A model generated the notes under the pieces. The model made no database searches and was not told the origin of the DNA. It saw only the letters and a list, made by a program, of their open reading frames with translations. DNA of 64,000 nt from Planctomycetota bacterium (GTDB taxonomy: Bacteria > Planctomycetota > UBA1135 > UBA2386), in contig JAHBXX010000007.1 in NCBI GenBank assembly GCA_019636245.1, positions 12,796-76,795 on the forward strand, read 5' to 3'. The position numbers were made by a program, and so were the translations under genes. Every line of letters begins with the position of its first letter. Position 1 is the stretch's first letter. This document shows, piece by piece, positions 24,790-32,400 of the stretch.

Positions 24790-25695
24790 ATGGCCGCCGC
24801 GCGAAGCACGAAGCGTACCAATCTCTTCCCCGCGGTCCTCACCCTGCTGCTGGGGGGCTCCGCCGGCGCGCAGGAGCCGCCCGGGACGCCGGTGCGGCCG
24901 CCTCAAGCCGATCCCATCGACGCGATTGTGGCGGCGATGCGCACGGCCGAGCAGCGGGCGCGCAGCGTCGTGGTGGAGATGTCGACCACGGGCCAGCTGC
25001 CGGGCGGCCTCGAGTTGTCGACCCGCGGCCACCTGCGTGTCCTGCGCGGGACACAGCCGGCCGTGCACGCCGAGGTCGAGTTCTCGTTCGGCGACGGGCT
25101 GCGTGGTCGCGTCGAGTCGGCGCAGACGGCCAGCGGCATCCTGCTCTACGAGGAGAATCCGGCCTTCGGCGAGCTCTACCTGCACCTCGATCCGGTCGTC
25201 GTCGCCGACCTCGAATGGGCGGGTCAGGTGCTCGATCGTGCCGACCTGCCGGGCATGGCGGACCGGCGCGCCGCGGCGCCGCTCGGCAGCGGGATGCTCG
25301 CCGAGCTGCAGCGGCAGTTCGCGCTCGAGCTCACCGACCGCCGCGAGCGCCAGGGCGAGGCCGGCCGCTGGCTGCAGGGCCGGCGCCGCGCCGGCCTCGA
25401 CGACGACGGCGGCGGGGCGTTGGCCGATCGCGTCGAGCTGTTCGTGCGGGATCGCGACCAGGCGCTGCTGGAGATGACGCAGCTGCTGGGCGATCGCCCG
25501 CTGCAGCAGCTCATCGTGCGGCGGCTCGAGGTCGACGCGGCGCTCGAGCCGGCGCAGTTCACGGTCGACGGCCGCGGCCAGCCGTTGCGCGAGGTGCAGC
25601 AGCACCCGCCGATGTGGGACCAGATCGAGCAGGTCGTGCGGCAGGCCGAGGCCAAGGCGGCGGACGGCCTCGTGCGTCCGAGTCGTCGGCGGTAG
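24790..25695 (+). CDS. Hypothetical secreted protein (possibly LolA-like fold)
   Basis: Lies inside ORF 24493..25695(+). The ATG at 24790 gives MAAARSTKRTNLFPAVLTLLLGGSAGAQE (an alternative ATG lies at 24766). The fold suggestion is weak and rests only on size and beta-rich composition. Confidence 0.5.
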   Translation: MAAARSTKRTNLFPAVLTLLLGGSAGAQEPPGTPVRPPQADPIDAIVAAMRTAEQRARSVVVEMSTTGQLPGGLELSTRGHLRVLRGTQPAVHAEVEFSFGDGLRGRVESAQTASGILLYEENPAFGELYLHLDPVVVADLEWAGQVLDRADLPGMADRRAAAPLGSGMLAELQRQFALELTDRRERQGEAGRWLQGRRRAGLDDDGGGALADRVELFVRDRDQALLEMTQLLGDRPLQQLIVRRLEVDAALEPAQFTVDGRGQPLREVQQHPPMWDQIEQVVRQAEAKAADGLVRPSRRR

Positions 25696-25715
25696 GCCGC
25701 CGCCCGCCCGGGTCG

Positions 25716-27299
25716 TCAGCCTTCTTCCTCGGCCGGCGGCAGTTCCAGCAGCTCGAGTCCCTTGTAGCGCGACCGCGCGTAGTCGATCTCGAAGTCGGAG
25801 TGGAACAGGGCGACGAAGCGGCCGGCCTCGTCCTTGACGACCATCGGCAGGATCTCCAGCACCTCGTCGGTGGCGTGCGCGACCCAGCGGGCCCGCGTCC
25901 AGGCCTTGCGGTCGAGGCGCAGCTGCACGCCATACTCGTTCTCGAGCCGCCACTGGAACACCTCGAGCTGCAGTTCGCCGACGGCGCCGAGGATCGGCTC
26001 GCGGGCGCCGAAGCGCGGCCAGAAGATCTGCACGACGCCCTCTTCGCCCAGCTGTTCGAGGCCCTTGCCGAACCCCTTGGCCATCGACGGCTCGCGCGGC
26101 GCCACCTGGGCGAAGATCTCCGGCGGAAAGCGCGGGAAGTTGCGCACCTCGAAGCTGGGTCCCGAACTCAGCACGTCGCCGACGCGGAACATGCCGGGGT
26201 TGATGAGCCCGATCACGTCGCCCGGCCAGGCATCCTCGATCGAGACGCGTTCCTGGCCGAAGAAGCGGTGCGGGTGCGACAGGCGCACCTCGCGCGCCAG
26301 GCGCAGGTGCTTCGCCGACATGCCGCGCTCGAAGTGCCCCGAGGTGACGCGCAGGAAGGCGATGCGGTCGCGGTGCATCCTGTCCATGTTCGCCGCGACC
26401 TTGTAGACGAAGCCCGAGAAGAACGGGGCGTCGGGCGGCACCTCGCCGGCGAGCGTCGGCAGCGGACCGGGCGGCGGCGCGATCTCGAGGAAGCGCTGCA
26501 GGATGTTCTCGACGCCGAAGTTGACCAGCGCGCTGCAGAAGAACATCGGCGAGATCCGCTGTTGCAGGAACGCCGCCATCTCGAACGGCTGCACGCACGT
26601 CTCGACCATCGCCAGGTCCTCGAGCAGCTGGTCGTGCGCCTTCGCGCCGAGCTCGGCGCGCAGCTGCGGATCGGTCGGACCGGTGGTCTGCACCGCCGCC
26701 CTGGTCGCGTTGTGGGCCGTGCGCTCGAACAGGAACACCTGCTGGTCGCGCAGCGAGTAGACGCCGCGGAACGCATCGCCGGAGCCGATCGGCCACGTCG
26801 CCGGCACGACCGTGATGCCGAGCACCTTCTCGACCTCGTCCATCAGGTCGAGCGGCGCGCGCGCCGGGCGGTCCATCTTGTTGACGACGGTGACGATCGG
26901 GATGCCGCGGTCGCGGCAGACCTTGAACAGCTTGATCGTCTGCGGCTCGACGCCCTTGGCGCCGTCGATCAGCATCAGCGCCGCGTCGGCCGCGACCAGG
27001 GTGCGGTAGGTGTCCTCGCTGAAGTCCTGGTGGCCCGGCGTGTCGAGCAGGTTGATGCAGTGGCCCTGGTACTCGAACTGCAGCGCCGAGCTGGTGATCG
27101 AGATGCCGCGCTTCTTCTCGAGCTCCATCCAGTCCGAGGTCGCCGAGGCGCCGCCCTTCTTCGCCTTGACCGAACCCGCCTCCCGGATCGCGCCGCCGTA
27201 GAGCAGGAGCTTCTCGGTCAGGGTCGTCTTGCCGGCGTCGGGGTGCGAGATGATCGCGAAGGTGCGGCGGCGCTGGATCTCGTGCACGAGGTCGGCCAT
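25716..27299 (-). CDS. prfC: Peptide chain release factor 3
   Basis: The internal ATG of ORF 25716..27356(-) at codon 20 begins the gene. MADLVHEIQRRRTFAIISHPDAGKTTLTEKLLL, DTPGHQDF and NKMD are present, with full-length RF3 layout. Confidence 0.95.
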   Translation of the reverse strand: MADLVHEIQRRRTFAIISHPDAGKTTLTEKLLLYGGAIREAGSVKAKKGGASATSDWMELEKKRGISITSSALQFEYQGHCINLLDTPGHQDFSEDTYRTLVAADAALMLIDGAKGVEPQTIKLFKVCRDRGIPIVTVVNKMDRPARAPLDLMDEVEKVLGITVVPATWPIGSGDAFRGVYSLRDQQVFLFERTAHNATRAAVQTTGPTDPQLRAELGAKAHDQLLEDLAMVETCVQPFEMAAFLQQRISPMFFCSALVNFGVENILQRFLEIAPPPGPLPTLAGEVPPDAPFFSGFVYKVAANMDRMHRDRIAFLRVTSGHFERGMSAKHLRLAREVRLSHPHRFFGQERVSIEDAWPGDVIGLINPGMFRVGDVLSSGPSFEVRNFPRFPPEIFAQVAPREPSMAKGFGKGLEQLGEEGVVQIFWPRFGAREPILGAVGELQLEVFQWRLENEYGVQLRLDRKAWTRARWVAHATDEVLEILPMVVKDEAGRFVALFHSDFEIDYARSRYKGLELLELPPAEEEG

Positions 27300-27439
27300 T
27301 CGGGGCGAAGCATGGTAGCCACCGGCTGCGGGCGATGCACGGCGCGACCCGGCCATGGGGTTCCGGCGTCCGTTGTCCTTACCATCCGGCCCGCGTGCCT
27401 ACCTCCGCGCCGCCTCGCTCGGCGGCGCCACTCCGACAC

Positions 27440-28057
27440 ATGAACCACATCCCCTGCGTCCCTTCCCCTGCTCCCTACCGGCGCCGGCGCGCGCCGAGCG
27501 CTCTGGCGTGCGTGCTTGCACTGGCGGCCGCCTGCAGCCAGCCCGCCCCGGCGCCTGCGGCTCCGGACCACGCCGAGGTGGCGCGGACGGTCACCGCCAC
27601 GGCGAAGGTGACCTCGGTCGATCGCGCCCGACGCGTGCTCGTGCTGCGGACCGAGCGCGGCGAATCGCAGCGCCTGCTGGCCGGACCCGAAGTGCGCAAC
27701 TTCGACCAGATCGCGGTGGGCGACACCGTGCGCGCCGACTACCGGGTGTCGCTCGCCGTGGCGCTGGAGCCGGCCGGTGACGCGGCGCCCGACGTCACGA
27801 TCGATGCGGCGGCCGGCCGGGCGGCCGCCGGCGCGACGCCGGGCGCCGGCGTCGGGGCGCAGGTGAGCGTGGTCGTGCGCATCGAGTCCGTCGATCTCGG
27901 CAAGCACGTGGTCGTCTTCACGGCGCCCGGCGGCGAACTGCACGTGGCCGAGGTGCAGCGGCCCGAGGGGCGGGAGTTCCTGCGTGGCCTGAAGGCCGGC
28001 GACCGCGTGCGCATCACCTACACCGAAGCGCTGGCTGTGCGGCTCGAGAAGCAGTAG
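27440..28057 (+). CDS. Hypothetical lipoprotein, 205 aa
   Basis: The internal ATG of ORF 27335..28057(+) at codon 36 begins the gene. The lipobox is LALAAAC. Two similar beta-rich halves are present (...VGDTVRADYRVSLAV... / ...AGDRVRITYTEALAV...). Confidence 0.55.
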   Translation: MNHIPCVPSPAPYRRRRAPSALACVLALAAACSQPAPAPAAPDHAEVARTVTATAKVTSVDRARRVLVLRTERGESQRLLAGPEVRNFDQIAVGDTVRADYRVSLAVALEPAGDAAPDVTIDAAAGRAAAGATPGAGVGAQVSVVVRIESVDLGKHVVVFTAPGGELHVAEVQRPEGREFLRGLKAGDRVRITYTEALAVRLEKQ

Positions 28058-28065
28058 GCGGCCGA

Positions 28066-28084
28066 CCGGGGGGAGGGCCCCCGG
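28066..28084 (+). terminator. Short GC hairpin just after the lipoprotein stop
   Basis: CCGGGGG - gaggg - CCCCCGG forms a perfect 7-bp stem 9 nt after the TAG at 28055-28057. No U-tract. Confidence 0.3.
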
Positions 28085-28178
28085 GTGATGGGTCGCGACG
28101 GCCGCTGACGGATGGAGGGTTGCCCGGCGGGGCGGCGTTCGCCGCCGGCCGGGGCCAACCCCCTTTCCCGGCGTCGCC

Positions 28179-28970
28179 ATGACCACCCTGCCGACCGCGA
28201 CCAACCTCGAGCCCGAACTCCACGGCCGCCTGCAGGGGCTTTGGCAGCGAACGGGCGCGCCCCTGCTGGGCCAGCTGCTGGCGGGCACCTCGCCCCTGGC
28301 GGCACCAGGTGACCGGCAGGACCGCCGGCCGCACGAGCTGGTCTGCACGTGCCTGATGGCGGCCCACCAGGAAACCGGCGATCCCGAGGCGCTGGCACTG
28401 CTGTTCGAACTCACCAGCGCCGAGTTCCTGCGCGTGATCCGTCGCCTGCTGCGCTCCGGCCCGGGCCTGGATCCCCAGGACGCGCTGCAGGAGGCCTTCC
28501 TCAATCTGTGCCGGTACCCGGGCAGGTTCGTCGCCGATCGCGCCGATGCGTTCCACCGCTGGGCGCACCGCATCGTGCGCAACACCGTGTTCGCGCTGGT
28601 GGCGCGCGAACGCCGTCAACCGGCGCCGTGGCCCGACGGCGAGGTGGTGCCGCCCGCGGATGGGCGCGAACCGCCGCCGGAGCGTCGGTTCACCGAGCGC
28701 GAGAGCGCGGCGCACGTGGATCGCGCCTACGTGCTCTACCTGGCGCTCTACCTCGCGGGCTACGAGCGTCTGGGCGAGCGCGACCGCCGCATGCTGTTCG
28801 CGGCCGAGGTCGAGCAGCGCAGCTACCGCGACATCGCCGCCGAGTTCGGCGTGCGCGCCTGCACGGTCAAGATGGCGATCTTCCGCATCCGGCGGCGTCT
28901 GCAGCAGCACCTCGCGCGGCTGCTGGCGGCGATCGGCGGGCCGGTGGCGGCGGTCCCGGCGCCTGCCTGA
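28179..28970 (+). CDS. ECF-type sigma-70 family RNA polymerase sigma factor with an N-terminal extension
   Basis: ORF 28179..28970(+), 263 aa. Region 2 is DPQDALQEAFLNLCRY...FHRWAHRIVRNTV. Region 4 HTH is RSYRDIAAEFGVRACTVKMAIFRIRRRL. No adjacent anti-sigma gene is evident. Confidence 0.75.
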   Translation: MTTLPTATNLEPELHGRLQGLWQRTGAPLLGQLLAGTSPLAAPGDRQDRRPHELVCTCLMAAHQETGDPEALALLFELTSAEFLRVIRRLLRSGPGLDPQDALQEAFLNLCRYPGRFVADRADAFHRWAHRIVRNTVFALVARERRQPAPWPDGEVVPPADGREPPPERRFTERESAAHVDRAYVLYLALYLAGYERLGERDRRMLFAAEVEQRSYRDIAAEFGVRACTVKMAIFRIRRRLQQHLARLLAAIGGPVAAVPAPA

Positions 28971-28976
28971 CGACCG

Positions 28977-29858
28977 TCAGGCGCGGTCGGGATCCTGACC
29001 GCGCAGGACCGAGTTGCCGTCGAAGGTCTCGCGCAGGTTCGCGCGCGCCGGCTGCAGCAGCATCGCCGCCTGCAGGCGGCCGCTCTGGGCGAAGAAGTCG
29101 ATCGGGTTCCGCCACACCAGCTGCTCGATGCGTTCGCGGGCGATGCCGGCCTGTTCGAGCTTCACGACGGTGCGCGGCACCATCAGCGGGTCGCTGACGC
29201 CCCAGTCGGCGGCGCTGTTCACGACCATGCGCTCGACGCCGTACTCGAGCACGATGCTGGTCATGCGGGCGGGGTCCATCTTGGTGTGCGGGTAGATCGA
29301 GAACCCCGACCAGCAGCCGAGGTCGCGCGTCAGCTTGATCGTCTCCTCGTTGCCGTGGTCGAGCAGCACCCGCTCCATCGGGAAGCCGCTGTCCCGCACG
29401 ATGGCGATGCAGCGTTCGAAACCGCGCTTCTTGTCGCGGTGGGGCGTGTGCACCAGCACGGGCAGGCCGTGGCGGCGGGCCAGGTCCAGTTGTTCGGCGA
29501 AGAAGCGCTCCTCCGCCGCGGTCTGGTCGTCGAGGCCGATCTCGCCGACCCCGAGGCAGGAGTCCTTCTCGCAGTAGCGCGGCAGGATGGCCATGACGTC
29601 GCGGTTGACCCGGTCGTCGTTGGCCTCGCGCGGGTTCAGCCCCATGGTGCAGAAGTGGTGGATGCCGAACTGCTGGGCGCGGAACCGCTCCCAGCCGATC
29701 AGCGTCTCGAAGTAGTCGACGAAGGTGCCGACCGAGGTGCGCGGCTGGCCGAGCCAGAAGGCCGGTTCGAGCACGGCGCGCACGCCCGCCAGGGCCAGCC
29801 GCTCGTAGTCGTCGGTGATGCGGCTGAACATGTGGATGTGCGGTTCGAAGATCGGCAT
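28977..29858 (-). CDS. TatD-related metal-dependent hydrolase (EboB-like)
   Basis: ORF 28977..29858(-), 293 aa. MPIFEPHIHMFSRITDDYERLALAGV..., GEIGLD and LVHTPH are present. The layout is as I recall for the TatD-family member of ebo clusters. Confidence 0.7.
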   Translation of the reverse strand: MPIFEPHIHMFSRITDDYERLALAGVRAVLEPAFWLGQPRTSVGTFVDYFETLIGWERFRAQQFGIHHFCTMGLNPREANDDRVNRDVMAILPRYCEKDSCLGVGEIGLDDQTAAEERFFAEQLDLARRHGLPVLVHTPHRDKKRGFERCIAIVRDSGFPMERVLLDHGNEETIKLTRDLGCWSGFSIYPHTKMDPARMTSIVLEYGVERMVVNSAADWGVSDPLMVPRTVVKLEQAGIARERIEQLVWRNPIDFFAQSGRLQAAMLLQPARANLRETFDGNSVLRGQDPDRA

Positions 29859-29894
29859 GGGAACGCGGGGCGAAGCGACAGGGCGTGGGGGAGA

Positions 29895-30719
29895 TCAGCC
29901 GAGCAGGCGCTGCAGGGCCGCGCGCACCTCGGCGCGCGGCTCGCGCGGCAGGCGCTCGGCGGCGAACGGGCGGAGGTCGGCGCGCGCCAGTGCCAGCAGC
30001 CCCTCGGCGGCCGCCAGCCGCACGCCGTCGTCGCCATGCTCGAGGCCGCCGAGCAGCCGCGCCGCGGCGCCCGGACAAGGGGCGCGGCCGAGCAGGCGGC
30101 AGGTGTCGCGCCAGACCGCACGGCCGGCGGCCTCGCGCTCGGTGGCGAGGTCGATCAGCATGCGCGACAACTCGACGTTGGCGTGCCGCTCGGCGGCCAG
30201 CACCCGGCGCAGCGGCAGGTCGAGGAAGGCCAGCTTGAGCAGCAGCCGGTTGGCGGCGGTCTGGTCGAGCAGGCCTGCGTCCGCCGTGCGCGCGAACAGG
30301 TCGCTGTCGCACAGGGCGGCCTCGAAGTGCAGCAGCACATTGGTGCGCTGCACCTCCGCGAACAACGGCACGACCACCGGATCGAGCGGCAGCAGGGGCA
30401 GCGTGCGCAGCAGCATCGCCCGCTCCTCGATGTCGCCGTGCGCGTAGAGGTCGAGCCGCTCGTCCGGCGTCGCCGCCACGGCGTGCAGCAGCCAGGCCGC
30501 GGCGAGGTCGCAGCGGCGGAAGGCGCCGAGGTCGACTTCGCCCGGGCCCAGGGGGGCGCGGCCACCGGGCAGGGCGTCGCGGCCGATGCGGCGCGGCAGG
30601 CCCGGGAACACGACGGGCAGGCGGTCGCGGTCGGCGGCCACCTCGGCGAGCAGGGCCTGGGCCGCGGCCAGGGCCGGCGGCCCCAGTCGCGTCGCGAGGT
30701 CGTCGAGCAGGCCGGTCAT
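29895..30719 (-). CDS. EboA-like domain protein (hypothetical)
   Basis: ORF 29895..30719(-), 274 aa. The LDLYAHGDIEERAMLLRTLPLL motif and the C-terminal HEAT-like segment resemble EboA proteins as I remember them. It lies directly upstream of the TatD-like gene (36-nt gap). Confidence 0.45.
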   Translation of the reverse strand: MTGLLDDLATRLGPPALAAAQALLAEVAADRDRLPVVFPGLPRRIGRDALPGGRAPLGPGEVDLGAFRRCDLAAAWLLHAVAATPDERLDLYAHGDIEERAMLLRTLPLLPLDPVVVPLFAEVQRTNVLLHFEAALCDSDLFARTADAGLLDQTAANRLLLKLAFLDLPLRRVLAAERHANVELSRMLIDLATEREAAGRAVWRDTCRLLGRAPCPGAAARLLGGLEHGDDGVRLAAAEGLLALARADLRPFAAERLPREPRAEVRAALQRLLG

Positions 30720-30753
30720 GCGGACCGCACCTTACCCTCGCGCGCGGCCGCCG

Positions 30754-31170
30754 TCACTGCACGCAGATCCGGACCGCGCGATCGACGTTGATGCAGGTCG
30801 GCGAGAGGCAGCCCGACTGGGCGTCGAAGCAGAAGCCGACCAGACCCGGATCGTTGGGGATCGGCACCGGCAGTGCGGCGACCACCAGGCCGATGGCGAA
30901 CAAGATCGGCGACACGGCGATCGTGCACGGCGAACCGACGCAGTTCGTCCAGGGCGTCGGCTGGGGCAGGCCCGCGATCACGACGGCGGTCTGCAGCAGG
31001 CAGGCCGTGGCGAACGGATTGCTGATCAGGATCGTGCTGCCGACCTGGGGCGAACCGAGCACGACGGTGGTCGCCGGCAGCGCGCAGCCACTGCCGGGGA
31101 TCGGCGTGACCTGGGCAGCGAGCACGCCGGTGGTCACGGCGACGGCGCAGGCGAGCAGGGACCTGGACAT
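30754..31170 (-). CDS. Small secreted cysteine-rich protein, 138 aa
   Basis: The internal ATG of ORF 30754..31260(-) at codon 31 gives signal peptide MSRSLLACAVAVTTGVLAAQ. The mature part has 8 Cys (GSGC, ATAC, TNC, SPC, GFC, SGC, PTC, RIC). Confidence 0.5.
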   Translation of the reverse strand: MSRSLLACAVAVTTGVLAAQVTPIPGSGCALPATTVVLGSPQVGSTILISNPFATACLLQTAVVIAGLPQPTPWTNCVGSPCTIAVSPILFAIGLVVAALPVPIPNDPGLVGFCFDAQSGCLSPTCINVDRAVRICVQ

Positions 31171-31289
31171 GGCAGGCTCCGGGGTGGTGACGGAACGTCC
31201 GGGAGGATAGCCGTGTCCGCCGCCCATGCCAGCCGTGACGACGCGACGAGCGGCGTGCACCCCGGTGGTCGTGCCGCTAAGGTCCGGCG

Positions 31290-32339
31290 ATGGAGTTCCC
31301 CGCCTGGGACCCGGTGCTGTTCGACATCCCGGGGCTGCCGATCGACATCCGCTGGTACGGGCTGATGTACGTGGTCGGGTTCCTGTGCGCCCAGCCGATC
31401 CTGGTGCGCCTGGCGCGGACGGGCTTCCTGCCGGTGCGGCCCGAGGTGGCTCCCGACCTGATCTTCTACTGCGTATTCGGCGTGATGCTGGGCGGCCGCC
31501 TGGGTTACGCGCTGTTCTACCAGCACGACCTGTTGCACCCGCTGGAGTTCCTGAAGGTGTGGAACGGCGGCCTGGCCTTCCACGGCGGGCTCGGCGGCGT
31601 CGCCGTCGCGATCTGGCTGTTCTGCCGCAAGCACAAGGTGGGCTGGCTGCGGGTCGGCGACGCGTGCGCCCTGGCCGTGACCCCCGGCATCCTGGCGGTG
31701 CGGATCGCCAACTTCATCAACGGGGAGCTGTACGGCCGGGTCACCGGTGCGGGAGTGGGCTGGGCGATGCAGTTCCCGACCGACCCGCGGGCGCTGCAAC
31801 TGCTGGGCATCGCCGACCAGTGGACGATGCGCGACCGGGAGCTGTGCATCCAGGTGGCGTTCGGCAAGCGCGCCTTCGCCGACGTGCGCGACCGGCTCAG
31901 CACCGTGGATGCCTACGGCCGCTCGATCGACTGGGCGGCCATCGCGCCGCGGCTCGACTGGGCGCGCGTGCGGGCGGCGACCGATGTCGATGGCCAGCCG
32001 CTGGTGCCGTACCGCCATCCCTCCCAGCTCTACGAGGCGCTGGGCGAAGGCCTGTTGCTCGGCCTCGTGCTGTTCGGCCTCTACGCGTGGACGCGCCGGC
32101 GGCCCTGGCGGCCCGGCCGCTACGGCGTGGTGTTCCTGCTCGGCTATGCCGCGGTGCGGTCGTCGCTCGAACTGGTGCGCGAACCCGATGCCTGGCTCGG
32201 CGAGGTGCTGCCGGGGCTGACCATGGGCCAGATCCTCAGTGGCGGCCTCGCCCTGGGCGCGCTCGCCATGCTGTGCTGGCCGCAGCCACGGCAGGTCGTT
32301 CCGGCCGGACCGGGTGACACCCCGACGGCGGCGGAATAA
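31290..32339 (+). CDS. lgt: Prolipoprotein diacylglyceryl transferase
   Basis: ORF 31290..32339(+), 349 aa. Motifs are IRWYGLMYVVGF, FHGGLGGV, IANFINGELYGR and HPSQLYEAL. An insertion of about 70 aa lies between the last two motifs. Confidence 0.9.
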   Translation: MEFPAWDPVLFDIPGLPIDIRWYGLMYVVGFLCAQPILVRLARTGFLPVRPEVAPDLIFYCVFGVMLGGRLGYALFYQHDLLHPLEFLKVWNGGLAFHGGLGGVAVAIWLFCRKHKVGWLRVGDACALAVTPGILAVRIANFINGELYGRVTGAGVGWAMQFPTDPRALQLLGIADQWTMRDRELCIQVAFGKRAFADVRDRLSTVDAYGRSIDWAAIAPRLDWARVRAATDVDGQPLVPYRHPSQLYEALGEGLLLGLVLFGLYAWTRRRPWRPGRYGVVFLLGYAAVRSSLELVREPDAWLGEVLPGLTMGQILSGGLALGALAMLCWPQPRQVVPAGPGDTPTAAE

Positions 32340-32400
32340 GGTGGGGCGCTGCGGTGTCCTGGGCCTCGGCCGAGCCCGCCGCTGCTCCGAGTTCCGCCCC

